From IMG/VR virus record IMGVR_UViG_3300032288_004702, positions 32,001 through 96,000 of that record: a stretch of DNA of 64,000 bases. One strand, given 5' to 3'. Each line of letters opens with the position of its first letter. Position 1 is the stretch's first letter. Below are positions 1-9,049 of this stretch, piece by piece. The notes under the pieces were generated by a model that made no database searches, had not been told where the DNA came from, and saw only the letters and a program-made list of their open reading frames with translations. This DNA comes from a virus. The position numbers and the translations under genes are program-made.

Positions 1-123
1 GCCAATGCCGGCAACAAAACACTCAACTATCCCCTGAGCCTCGTCCAGATTAATCGCTCCGGCCTTAGCGGAAATCCCGCTACCTAGCGAAGTTGACTTA
101 TATTCGAACAGTTCAGCCGGCAT
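1..123 (-). CDS. HK97-type prohead protease, N-terminal part (runs off window edge)
   Basis: Not in ORF track. Manual translation from ATG at 123 gives MPAELFEYKS...NLDEAQGIVECFVAGIG, resembling the N-terminus of phage prohead proteases; lies directly downstream of the portal. Confidence 0.7.
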   Translation of the reverse strand, partial: MPAELFEYKSTSLGSGISAKAGAINLDEAQGIVECFVAGIG

Positions 124-153
124 CAAGAGGCCCTTCTTTTGCGTCTATTCAAG

Positions 154-189
154 ATAATAAGCGATTGGGAAGTCTGTTCGTAGCAACTA
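154..189 (-). promoter_or_regulatory. Putative late promoter TAGTTGC-N23-TATTAT
   Basis: Same 7-mer and spacing as the sites at 14116 and 16173; upstream of the protease ATG. Confidence 0.6.
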
Positions 190-255
190 TTGCTTTAAGT
201 TTTGAGTATAAAGAAACCACTTATATTTTTGTGGTTAATATACTGAAACTAGCTA

Positions 256-2361
256 TTAAACAGTTTGTCCAAAGCTCCAGGCAGACCTAGTTTCCCGCTC
301 GGCAAGCTCTTCCTGCTCGTGGGCAAAAAAGTTTGTGTACATCTCAACAAGGCCGTCTCTGAAGAACGAGAATCTTCTTTCCTCATCTGCGTATTCAAAC
401 GACTTAATCATCAGTGAATTTATCTCGCTGAAGTTTTCGTCGTTTATTTTCTTGATTCTTGCAACATGTGCGTCAACCATTGTTCGTACATCTTTCGCCG
501 GCATCGCCTTTACTCTTATGCCGTTTTCCGATGCATCCTTGACTCTTGCCTCAAAAGAATCGTTAATGATTGACGAAATGACTGGTCGGAGGTCTTCGTC
601 AAACTGACGATTCCATGTGTCAATCGAAAGCACCGCATCTATGTCAAGCGTTCCGCCCATAAGGGCTTTTTTGGCTTTTGCTCCGCTGGCTTTTTCCAGA
701 ACAACGCGCTGCTGTCTTTCAACAACGCGCTCTATCCCGCGCGCAAGAATGTTCGACCACCGCTCAACTGCTAGCTCGGTTTTGTCTATCGACTCTTTTA
801 CGTCTTGTTGTTCATCTTCGGTTTTGGTTTCAATTTCATCAGATGCTGACGAAGCCATTGTCATAGGGCCTGGCGGCATTCCGGGGGCAGGTACTCCTGC
901 CATTGCCTCTGGCGGAACTGTTGTTTGGGCGAGCTGACCTTCTGTGGCAGATTCTGCGAGGGCTCCAGCCATTGTGTTGACATCGAGCGGAACGCTTTCG
1001 CCCGGAGGAGGAACCGGCCCAGGCACTCCCGGGGGCATACCCGGCATACCAGGCGGCATACCAGGCATTCCCGGCATTCCCGGCATGCCTGGTGCTCCAG
1101 GGATTTGCGTTTGCCCTTCTTCCATCTTCTTTTTTGTATTTGCTATAGGTATTAGGTTTGGATTCTGGAGCAAAGAGTCAGCCAAATCTGCTTCTACCTC
1201 TTTGCGCGAAGAGCCGATTCTGTATTCATTGGCACTGATGAGTCCAGACTGGAACTCCTGAAGAAGATATTTATCCCTCTCCTGCTTATAAAGCATAAGA
1301 ATAGGAACTTCCGAGGTATCAAAATCTAAGTAGTACTTCTCGTCAAGTTCGTCTAATGCTCTGGCCAAAGGCTCTAGGTGAGGAAGCATTGTTTCCATCC
1401 AGAACACCCGTATTTCCTCTGCGGCGTTGCTAAATGTTCTTCCAGCTGCATTACCGATGACTGATTCCGGTACGCCGAAGGCCGAAAGAATTTCCTCTTT
1501 TGTTATCTGTCTCATCTGGATGTAGGCAGCATCTCTTGGATTGGCAGATGTATCAACAAAGTCGACACCATCATCTGCCGCGATAACTGTGGTGTGCCCA
1601 GCCCTGGCCAGATTCCCCCTAAACCTGCTACGCAACTCTTCCTTGTCGTCCTCATCTATCTCGCCGCGGACAACCAATAGACCGCCAGGCCTGCCATCAT
1701 TCAGTAGATAATTTCTGTTATATAGCTTGGCTAGATTCTCAATCTCAATCGCCACGCCAGATGCCTCAAGGGGCGTAAGCGATAGATATGGGTCCAGCGG
1801 GTGCGGTCTTCTAACCCAGCAAACATCTTCTGGTTTTAAAAATTTCTTTTCTCCGTAAGGCATCTGTACTTCGTAGCCGGAAACAAATGTCTTTGGGTCT
1901 GGAATTGGCGCTGTCGATTGTGGTGGAAGAAGATTCAGTGCAATTATTCTTCCGTCTCGGCCATATATCTTTTCAATAAACGCGCCGCGCGTGCCCAATA
2001 GAAGCTGAGCAGAGAGCCTGTACCTAAAGATGAAGGAGTTTTCACCAATATTGGCCTTATTGTTCAGAAGCTCCAACAAAGTTGAACGGTTTGCTTCCCT
2101 GCCACGGACTATCTCGCCCTGATTGGAATTATCTTTCCTCAGGATTATTGGAAGCCGTGCTTGGTTGCCGGCAATTGCATCAATGCACCGATTAACCCAG
2201 GTGATTTTGGACATTCCCTCGCGGTATGCCCGCTCGATGTCCCACGAATCCCTATACGCCTTGCCGGCAAGGGATGGGTTGATGGAGATTGGCGCTCCAT
2301 ACCCAAGGTCTTTGCGAGACTGGGAATTTATATTCTTGTTTTGCGGCGAGTTCCAGCCCAT
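256..2361 (-). CDS. Phage portal protein (HK97 family) with Pro/Gly/Met linker and C-terminal extension
   Basis: Motifs CIDAIAGNQARLP, LLLGTRGAF, YLSLTPLEA, NDGRPGGLL, EEILSAFGVP, FSNAAE, ISANEYR match HK97-like portals. Confidence 0.92.
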   Translation of the reverse strand: MGWNSPQNKNINSQSRKDLGYGAPISINPSLAGKAYRDSWDIERAYREGMSKITWVNRCIDAIAGNQARLPIILRKDNSNQGEIVRGREANRSTLLELLNNKANIGENSFIFRYRLSAQLLLGTRGAFIEKIYGRDGRIIALNLLPPQSTAPIPDPKTFVSGYEVQMPYGEKKFLKPEDVCWVRRPHPLDPYLSLTPLEASGVAIEIENLAKLYNRNYLLNDGRPGGLLVVRGEIDEDDKEELRSRFRGNLARAGHTTVIAADDGVDFVDTSANPRDAAYIQMRQITKEEILSAFGVPESVIGNAAGRTFSNAAEEIRVFWMETMLPHLEPLARALDELDEKYYLDFDTSEVPILMLYKQERDKYLLQEFQSGLISANEYRIGSSRKEVEADLADSLLQNPNLIPIANTKKKMEEGQTQIPGAPGMPGMPGMPGMPPGMPGMPPGVPGPVPPPGESVPLDVNTMAGALAESATEGQLAQTTVPPEAMAGVPAPGMPPGPMTMASSASDEIETKTEDEQQDVKESIDKTELAVERWSNILARGIERVVERQQRVVLEKASGAKAKKALMGGTLDIDAVLSIDTWNRQFDEDLRPVISSIINDSFEARVKDASENGIRVKAMPAKDVRTMVDAHVARIKKINDENFSEINSLMIKSFEYADEERRFSFFRDGLVEMYTNFFAHEQEELAERETRSAWSFGQTV
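1016..1100 (-). repeat. Low-complexity PGM/PGMP repeats within portal
   Basis: Repeated (c)cggcat units encoding PGMPGMPGMPGMPPGMPGMPPG. Confidence 0.85.
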
Positions 2362-2368
2362 GCGTTAT

Positions 2369-2635
2369 CTACTCAGAACCCAGTAAAAAGCCGAAAATTC
2401 CACAACAAACACCAGCGACCACCCAACCGGCAGGCAAAAATATCAAACCTGCTCCAATACTGGTAAATATTATAAAGCAAAGCATTAATAAATTTGCGAA
2501 AGTACTGCGATTGGCTCTGTTTTTGATGAAACCCCAGGCCAGAACCATCGGTCTAGCGACCTTTCTGGCGGCAATTTTTAATGCTCTAGATGATTTACGA
2601 CGTTTATTTTTTATGTCTGCTGATGCTGGGGGCAT
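2369..2635 (-). CDS. Small membrane protein upstream of portal
   Basis: Basic N-terminus plus two hydrophobic segments; -10-like TACTGT 7 nt before the ATG (leaderless). Confidence 0.7.
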   Translation of the reverse strand: MPPASADIKNKRRKSSRALKIAARKVARPMVLAWGFIKNRANRSTFANLLMLCFIIFTSIGAGLIFLPAGWVVAGVCCGIFGFLLGSE

Positions 2636-2704
2636 GTAAGATACAGTAGCGCAGAAGTTGGCCCCAAAGTATTAAGGGCCCTATCGAATTGGTGCAAAGT
2701 TTCT

Positions 2705-4018
2705 ATGGCAGCAAAACCGAACTGGGAAGAAGTACTGGAGTATCTAAGCCCCAAAATGCCGCCATTTTGCCCCGAAGAGCCCTCCATCAACCAAAAAGTG
2801 TTTTTGCGAACAAACTCAATCGAGGCTCTTTTTGGCGGTGCTGCTGGGGGTGGCAAATCTTCGGCCCTATTGATGGCCGCACTGCAATACGTAGATGTCC
2901 CCAACTACTCGGCAATCCTTTTCCGTAGAACATTTGCCGACCTGTCACTTCCTGGGGCGCTAATGGACCGCTTCAAGTCGTGGATGAGCAACTACGACGA
3001 CGTGCATTGGAACAATAATACATTCGTGGCGACCTTCCCCTCCGGGGCAAGAATTTCCTTTGGTTACTTAAATAATGTCAATGACTATTTACGCTATAAG
3101 GGCTCAGAATTCCAGTTCATCGGCATGGATGAGGTCACAGAAATAAGAGAGTCCGACTATAGGTACCTCTTCTCTCGTCTTCGCCGCCCAGCAAGCGGTC
3201 CAATCGCTCAGGTCCCCCTAAGGATGAGGGCAGCATCAAACCCCGCACCCAATTGGGTTCGTCAACGATTTATTGTAGAAGGCAAGGAAACTGGCAGGGT
3301 ATTCGTCCCCTCAACCCTGAAGGACAACCCCGGAATTGATGCAGAGTCTTACCGACAGGCCCTGTCCGCCCTTGACCCCGTAGAAAGAAGGAGGCTCGAG
3401 GAAGGCGACTGGTGGTCAACAACACTGGGTAGCCTTTTTGAGCGAGAATCTTTTATAATTATTGACCCAGACGAGATTCCGGTGATTACAAATTCTGCTC
3501 GGGTTGTTAGATACTGGGACTTGGCCGCCACGGAACCCCACCAGGGGAACCCAGACCCCGACTGGACAGTAGGAACCCTTATGCTTTTTGACGGGGGAAT
3601 CGCATACATCCTGGACGTCAAAAAGGCCAGGGTTAAGGGTGAAAAAGTAGAACAGCTCATTGCTCAAACTGCTGAAGAGGACGGTTACGGCGTATCAATA
3701 AGAATGGAGCAGGAGCCGGGCTCGTCCGGGAAAGCCCTGGTTGACCAATATGCCAGATACGTCATCCCGGGTTACGATTTCGGCGCAATGCGCCCGAGCG
3801 GGGACAAAGTGACCAGAGCTAGGCCATTTGCGGCGGCGGCGGCAAACGGCAATGTCCGCCTCGTGCGAGCCTCATGGTTGACTGACTGGCTTGATGAATT
3901 TTCTTCGTTCCCTGAAGCGGCTAACCACGATGACCAAGTTGACTCGGCTGTTGGGGCATTTACGTACCTGACCGGACTGGGGTTGCCTCAGCGCAAAAGG
4001 GCATCTATACTCATCTGA
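2705..4018 (+). CDS. terL: Terminase large subunit
   Basis: Walker A GGAAGGGKS, Walker B FIGMDE, ASNP motif III, nuclease motifs YWDLA and HDDQVD. Confidence 0.95.
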   Translation: MAAKPNWEEVLEYLSPKMPPFCPEEPSINQKVFLRTNSIEALFGGAAGGGKSSALLMAALQYVDVPNYSAILFRRTFADLSLPGALMDRFKSWMSNYDDVHWNNNTFVATFPSGARISFGYLNNVNDYLRYKGSEFQFIGMDEVTEIRESDYRYLFSRLRRPASGPIAQVPLRMRAASNPAPNWVRQRFIVEGKETGRVFVPSTLKDNPGIDAESYRQALSALDPVERRRLEEGDWWSTTLGSLFERESFIIIDPDEIPVITNSARVVRYWDLAATEPHQGNPDPDWTVGTLMLFDGGIAYILDVKKARVKGEKVEQLIAQTAEEDGYGVSIRMEQEPGSSGKALVDQYARYVIPGYDFGAMRPSGDKVTRARPFAAAAANGNVRLVRASWLTDWLDEFSSFPEAANHDDQVDSAVGAFTYLTGLGLPQRKRASILI

Positions 4019-4057
4019 CATAGCCGCCAACCTAGACCTATACAAAGAGGTACTAAA

Positions 4058-4552
4058 ATGAGCTTGGAAAAAATCCAAGAGCTTCGTTCTGCAGTCATGA
4101 ACCTAGATAATGAAATCTATTCATTTCTAGCATCCAACCCTTCTCCAGAAGATGCTGGGGCAGCGCTGGCAGAGCTTAATTATCTAAAACGTGATGTTGC
4201 CCTCGTTTACGACTCATTTGCTGCCGCACTTTCTGAATTGATGGGGTCAATGGAGTCGCTAATGCTTGCAGATGGAACAACGATTGAAAAGAAGTCGGCA
4301 TATGACAGAAAAGGATGGAAGCACGCAGACCTTGGTTCCGCTGTTGCCGACAGGCTTGTAAAAATGTCTATAGACATGGATACTGGAGAGGTAACAAGGT
4401 CACCTAAAGAGATTGCCGAAGAGATGTTGACATACTGCGCTCCTTCCTACTGGAGAATCAAAGAACTCAACAAAATTGGCCTTAATGCCGACAACTTCAG
4501 CGAAGTTGGCGAACTCAAAACAAGCATCATTGTCCGAAAGCCAAAGTCATAG
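4058..4552 (+). CDS. Hypothetical protein
   Basis: 164-aa ORF with RBS (gagg), in operon context. Confidence 0.75.
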   Translation: MSLEKIQELRSAVMNLDNEIYSFLASNPSPEDAGAALAELNYLKRDVALVYDSFAAALSELMGSMESLMLADGTTIEKKSAYDRKGWKHADLGSAVADRLVKMSIDMDTGEVTRSPKEIAEEMLTYCAPSYWRIKELNKIGLNADNFSEVGELKTSIIVRKPKS

Positions 4553-4575
4553 AACACATGAGAGGAAGCAATCAA

Positions 4576-5250
4576 ATGAACTCAACAGAAGTAGCAAGAA
4601 TGCTTGCAGAGCCATTTCCTGAGGAGATGGAGAAAACAATCGTCAAGAGCGGTGTGCAGCTTGTCTACTTGCCCATCAGTGAAGTAATCAACCGTCTCAA
4701 TAAAGTTATTGGCGTCAACAATTGGTCATTCGAAATCATCTCTGTCCGCAGGGACGAGATTGATACCGACGAAATCATTGCCCACGTTTCGCTTGTTGCA
4801 ACAATTGATGGACTCACGGTTGTCAAACACGGTTTTGGTGGCCAATCAGTAAAGCGCCAGCGCAAAGACAACAAACCAGTAGACCTTGGCAATGATTTCA
4901 AGGGAGCCGTATCGGATGCCCTAAAGAAAGCAGCACAGCAGCTGGGGGTTGGCCTTTATCTTGCGCGTACAGCTGATGCTCTTGATGCGGAAGACGCACA
5001 AGCGTCGTCTGCACCAGCAAATGATGTTCCTACAGAAATTGATGAAAAGTGGGGCAACTTTGTTGCCATTACAAAAACGCTCACATCGGAGCAGAAGGAT
5101 TCTCTCAATATGTTCTGGGAGAAGCATTCTGGCGGGAAGCCGAAGCCAACCCGTTCTACCGCCACAGAGCAGGACATTGACGCCTTGGTCGTAGAGGCAA
5201 TGCGTTTGTCGTTCGGGGCAACTCTCGTTGAGCCAGACAATGCAGGCTGA
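4576..5250 (+). CDS. Rad52/22-family (Sak-like) single-strand annealing protein
   Basis: LVYLPISEVINRLNKVIGVNNWSF and KGAVSDALKKAAQQLGVGLYL; ATG 4576 preferred because of the gagga RBS. Confidence 0.88.
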   Translation: MNSTEVARMLAEPFPEEMEKTIVKSGVQLVYLPISEVINRLNKVIGVNNWSFEIISVRRDEIDTDEIIAHVSLVATIDGLTVVKHGFGGQSVKRQRKDNKPVDLGNDFKGAVSDALKKAAQQLGVGLYLARTADALDAEDAQASSAPANDVPTEIDEKWGNFVAITKTLTSEQKDSLNMFWEKHSGGKPKPTRSTATEQDIDALVVEAMRLSFGATLVEPDNAG

Positions 5251-6022
5251 TTCGCCTAGCCCGCTTGTCGCCCCAGACGTGCTGTCGCCGTCTTCAATAT
5301 CGACATTTCGTCAGTGCCCATTAAAGTTCAAGTTCAGCAAGATTGATGGCCTTCGTGACTCCCCAACCGAGGCAACAATGTTGGGAAATTTTGTTCACGA
5401 GATACTTGAAACAATGTATGCCCTTGAGCCGGCAGCCCGCACCAAAGACACCGCACGTAACATAGCAAGAGACCTATGGGCGTCAAAGTGGGAAGAACAG
5501 GTCTGCACGCTAATACACTCCGAAAAGGAACTTAAGTTATTCCGCTGGACAGCATGGTGGTGTGTCGAAAATCTTTGGTTGCTAGAAGAACCGGAATCAG
5601 TATCTCCGTGGGGCATAGAGGAGCACGTTGAGGGCGATATATCTGGAATTAGACTTCACGGGTATATTGACCGCCTCCACGTTGATGGCGATATTGCGCG
5701 TGTGTGTGACTACAAGACTGGCAAAACGCCCAAAAAGAACTATGTCGACGATAAATTCTTTCAGCTTATCATTTACACCCAGCTCCTGAAAAGCATAGGG
5801 ATTGAGGCAGAACGCTTTGAAGTGGAACTCCTTTATCTAAAAGATGGAGTTAGGTTTGAAAAGCAAATAACCCCTGATGACATTGAGAAAGTGGCCTCGG
5901 TTATAGCTGAAGTGCGAAATGGGATAGAGAAACGGTGTGTTGATGGTTATTTTGAACCAAACAAATCTATTCTCTGCAATTGGTGCGGGTTTAAGTCAAT
6001 GTGCCCAGCATGGCAGCGATAA
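5228..6022 (+). CDS. PD-(D/E)xK RecB/Cas4-like exonuclease
   Basis: LSPSSI..CP, GYIDRL, DYKTGK, QLxxY, C-terminal CNWC-x5-C. Confidence 0.9.
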   Translation: MSQTMQADSPSPLVAPDVLSPSSISTFRQCPLKFKFSKIDGLRDSPTEATMLGNFVHEILETMYALEPAARTKDTARNIARDLWASKWEEQVCTLIHSEKELKLFRWTAWWCVENLWLLEEPESVSPWGIEEHVEGDISGIRLHGYIDRLHVDGDIARVCDYKTGKTPKKNYVDDKFFQLIIYTQLLKSIGIEAERFEVELLYLKDGVRFEKQITPDDIEKVASVIAEVRNGIEKRCVDGYFEPNKSILCNWCGFKSMCPAWQR

Positions 6023-6037
6023 CGCATAACAAAATCT

Positions 6038-6595
6038 ATGAAAACAGCACAACACAAAAACAGGACACTACAAACACGTATGAGCATGCGTTGGAATGAT
6101 GACTCTTTTGCACGACTTGTTGCAGAGGAAGTAAAAAACAGAGTTACCCCATCGGAAAGGGACGAACTCCGCCATCCAGAAAACTGGGAGCGGTGGAAAA
6201 ACGCCCTTCTGGCGCTTTCGGAGAACCTACAGAACCAAATAGATAATGTTGAAGCAGACAGCGAGTCTGACCAGCGGCGCTACTCATCGCTTGGTTCAAA
6301 AGGTGGCAAGCTGACGAGCGAGACACAGCGTTACTACAGCGAAAAAGCAACACGTATCAAGCGGTTCAAGTACCACGTTGATAGACGTCTTGATGAAGTT
6401 TGCGTCATGATTGAGACCGGTGAGCAAAGCGATAATGACGGCTGGAAAGATGTCGAGTTCTATAGGCGCGCAATCATCACACACCGCAACCTCCTCAGAG
6501 AATTTGACCTAGAGGACACGGCAATCGACCGTTCTCTATGGGATGCCCTTGACGGAAAATGGACATTTGACTCAATCAATAACGACAACCTCTAG
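6038..6595 (+). CDS. Hypothetical coiled-coil protein
   Basis: 185-aa ORF in operon; start codon uncertain. Confidence 0.7.
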   Translation: MKTAQHKNRTLQTRMSMRWNDDSFARLVAEEVKNRVTPSERDELRHPENWERWKNALLALSENLQNQIDNVEADSESDQRRYSSLGSKGGKLTSETQRYYSEKATRIKRFKYHVDRRLDEVCVMIETGEQSDNDGWKDVEFYRRAIITHRNLLREFDLEDTAIDRSLWDALDGKWTFDSINNDNL

Positions 6596-6617
6596 CTGGT
6601 GTAATATCTCCGCTTAG

Positions 6618-6986
6618 ATGAAGCGGAAGAAGCCACTCAAGCGCACGCAACTTAAGCGAACACCAATAAAAAGAGCGTCAAAACCGATAGCCAAACGAAG
6701 CAAAAAGACAGAAAAAGTCTATGTTGAGAGGCGAAAACTGGTAGCAGAAATGCTTCTAGAATTTCCCCTTTGCTATGCATGCCCTATTTTTGCAAAGCAT
6801 GATGGTTTAGTCACTTTCGTACATAGAACAAGCGTGGACGTCCATGAATTGGTTCGTAGGTCGCAGGGTGGTTCAATACTTGAGCGAGAAAACCTGGTAA
6901 CGGTATGTAGGCAGTGCCACGCGAGAATAGGCAATGAACCGGGTTTATCCTTTTCGCTTGGACTCGCTAAACATTCATGGGAATGA
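6618..6986 (+). CDS. HNH endonuclease-like protein
   Basis: CYAC, DVHE-x2-RRSQGG, ENLVTVCRQCH. Confidence 0.82.
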   Translation: MKRKKPLKRTQLKRTPIKRASKPIAKRSKKTEKVYVERRKLVAEMLLEFPLCYACPIFAKHDGLVTFVHRTSVDVHELVRRSQGGSILERENLVTVCRQCHARIGNEPGLSFSLGLAKHSWE

Positions 6987-7000
6987 GTGTATTATTTAAT

Positions 7001-7080
7001 CATTCTCAGATATCGCTACCTGGGGATGGTATAGGTACATCGGCGGGCGGGTGCCAAACTGTGGCCACTGCCCGCCTTTG
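7001..7080 (+). ncRNA. Candidate small structured RNA / terminator
   Basis: TG-TATTAT -10 at 6990-6995; stem 7001-7009/7020-7028; GC hairpin 7042-7076 followed by TTTG. Confidence 0.35.
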
Positions 7081-7101
7081 TATTTGCTATAGTCAGCAAT
7101 T

Positions 7102-7629
7102 ATGCGCTTTATCGGCCTGGACCTTTCTCTTACGTCTACTGGCTACTCAATAAATGGAGAAACGGGCGTAATCAAGACAAACGCCAAGGGCCCGGAGCGC
7201 CTGTCAATTGTTTCAAATAAAATACTTGACTTGATTGCGGACAATGACATAGATGTAGTGATAATCGAGGGGTACTCATTCGCCTCCAGAAATGGCCAGG
7301 CTCACAGTATTGGCGAGCTCGGTGGGGCAGTGAGAATGAGGCTTTGGGAATTCAATATTCCATTTATAGACATTCCCCCAACATGCCGAGCAAAATTTGC
7401 AACAGGCAAAGGTAACGCCGGGAAAACAGAGGTTATATCATCTATTTCAGCGAAAACAGGACTGACATTCGAAGGTTCTGGGGCCGATGATGAATGCGAC
7501 GCGTGGGTTCTTGAACAAATGGGTTTGACATATATTGGTCAGTCAACGCAGTACTGGAATAAAGAGCAACTTAATGCCCTCGAGAAAGTAGACTGGGCTG
7601 AAATTGACAGAATCAGAGAGGGAAAATGA
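7102..7629 (+). CDS. ruvC: RuvC-like Holliday junction resolvase
   Basis: IGLDLSLTSTG, VIIEGY, KFATGKGNAGK, DDECDA; extended -10 TGCTATAGT 8 nt before the ATG. Confidence 0.88.
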   Translation: MRFIGLDLSLTSTGYSINGETGVIKTNAKGPERLSIVSNKILDLIADNDIDVVIIEGYSFASRNGQAHSIGELGGAVRMRLWEFNIPFIDIPPTCRAKFATGKGNAGKTEVISSISAKTGLTFEGSGADDECDAWVLEQMGLTYIGQSTQYWNKEQLNALEKVDWAEIDRIREGK

Positions 7630-7961
7630 GAACAACACCCATTAGCCAAGTCGATATTGAGCAGGAGCTGCTGCGCTTGATGGACACACTAGAAAACGAG
7701 ACAGAGCAATTTGAGTCTTTGTCTATGGATATGGCAAAAAAAGAAGCTCTCTATAAGGCGAACTGGGCACGCGAATATCTTTCGGCAAAGGGCTCTATCA
7801 AGGAGCGCGAAGCGTGGGCTGACTACAAGCTAGACCAGGAGCTGTTTGAATACAAGTGTGCAGAAGCTTTAGTTAAAGCGAAGAGAGAAAAACTTTTATC
7901 AGTCAGGTCATCCATGGATGCAATAAGAACACTGAACGCAAACGTAAGAACACAGGTGTAA
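7626..7961 (+). CDS. Helical protein, possibly UvsY-like recombination mediator
   Basis: All-helical with KGSIKEREAWAD pattern; lies in the recombination cluster. Confidence 0.5.
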   Translation: MRTTPISQVDIEQELLRLMDTLENETEQFESLSMDMAKKEALYKANWAREYLSAKGSIKEREAWADYKLDQELFEYKCAEALVKAKREKLLSVRSSMDAIRTLNANVRTQV

Positions 7962-7964
7962 CAA

Positions 7965-8843
7965 ATGTCAAACGGCATACATGAATCATTACTTTCCCTA
8001 GCAGTAGACATAGACACCCTGATACCACTAGACAACAACCCGCGGCGAGGTGATGTTGCTGCGATTATGTCCTCGTATAAAGAGTTTGGTCAAATAAAGC
8101 CAATAGTGATACGTCCGAACGATGATGGAACAGCAACCGTAATTGCTGGCAACCATCAGTTGCAGGCTGCAAAACAACTTGGATGGAACAAAATTGCAGC
8201 AGTCCCATATGACGTAGATGGCGAACGCGCAATAGCATTCGCAATAGCGGACAATAGAACAATGGAACTTGGCTACACGGAGCCAGAACTGCTTAATGAA
8301 GTAATCCTTGAATTGGCTGATGTTTACCCAGAGTTGATGACAGGACTCGGATGGGATGAATTCTCTACGGCGGAGATAGAGCAAAAAGTAATCCGCCAAG
8401 ACAATAGAGTTATCGAGCCTGGTGCTGGTTTTGTCCCGCCTGTCATAACTGACAATTCTGGTAACGGTTTCACGTCAAGCGGAACTGGGTTCGATAGATA
8501 TGGAGACTCAGGGGATGATGAAGAAGACGAGTACGAGCCTGTTCCCAATCGTCCATCGCTCGATAGAAATGCTGTCACTGTTACACAAACGGACGATGGA
8601 AAACAGAGAATAGACATAAGGCCTGGAATTGACCAAAACGACGCTGTTATTCGAGGCTCAACAACCGTTGCCCCTGGCTCTGCTCCACAGGCCGTAGTTC
8701 AATACACAATAGTATTTGACAACACAGCGCAACAGGCTAGGTGGTATGAATTTATTAAGTGGCTGCGCTCTGACTCTGCAGTAGTAGGAACAACGACTGC
8801 AGAAAAATTAATCGACTTTATTGACCAACACATAGAGATTTGA
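7965..8843 (+). CDS. ParB/Srx N-terminal domain protein with acidic C-terminal extension
   Basis: NNPRRGDV, SYKEFGQIKPIVI, VIAGNHQLQAAKQLGW, ADNRT. Confidence 0.88.
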   Translation: MSNGIHESLLSLAVDIDTLIPLDNNPRRGDVAAIMSSYKEFGQIKPIVIRPNDDGTATVIAGNHQLQAAKQLGWNKIAAVPYDVDGERAIAFAIADNRTMELGYTEPELLNEVILELADVYPELMTGLGWDEFSTAEIEQKVIRQDNRVIEPGAGFVPPVITDNSGNGFTSSGTGFDRYGDSGDDEEDEYEPVPNRPSLDRNAVTVTQTDDGKQRIDIRPGIDQNDAVIRGSTTVAPGSAPQAVVQYTIVFDNTAQQARWYEFIKWLRSDSAVVGTTTAEKLIDFIDQHIEI

Positions 8844-8844
8844 A

Positions 8845-9048
8845 ATGAATCAAGAACTAGAACAAAAATGTCGTTATCTTCTTAATCGCGGTAGAGTATC
8901 AAAGCAGGAATGCGTAGACATCCTGTCGATTCTCGATGAGCGCATATCCGAAGCAACCTACTGGAAAGCCGTCGCCGAAAAAGCACTCTCAGAGAATGGC
9001 GAGCTAAAAGCCGAAGTAGCAAGACTAAACCAAATAGCGCGGTACTGA
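8845..9048 (+). CDS. Hypothetical protein
   Basis: Tightly coupled 67-aa ORF. Confidence 0.65.
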   Translation: MNQELEQKCRYLLNRGRVSKQECVDILSILDERISEATYWKAVAEKALSENGELKAEVARLNQIARY

Positions 9049-9049
9049 A

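Noticed and set aside
93-290. Plus-strand 65-aa ORF
   Set aside because: Overlaps the protease start, its promoter and the portal stop on the opposite strand; no protein features.
5228-6022. Cas4-like nuclease suggesting a CRISPR system
   Set aside because: No repeat-spacer array or other cas genes seen; the context beside Rad52/Sak indicates a recombination exonuclease.
6618-6986. HNH as an intron-encoded homing endonuclease
   Set aside because: Free-standing, flanking genes are intact, and no group I intron core is recognisable.
78-7021. Shared CGCTACCT at 78 and 7014
   Set aside because: Only an 8-mer, and the first copy lies inside the protease coding sequence; consistent with chance.
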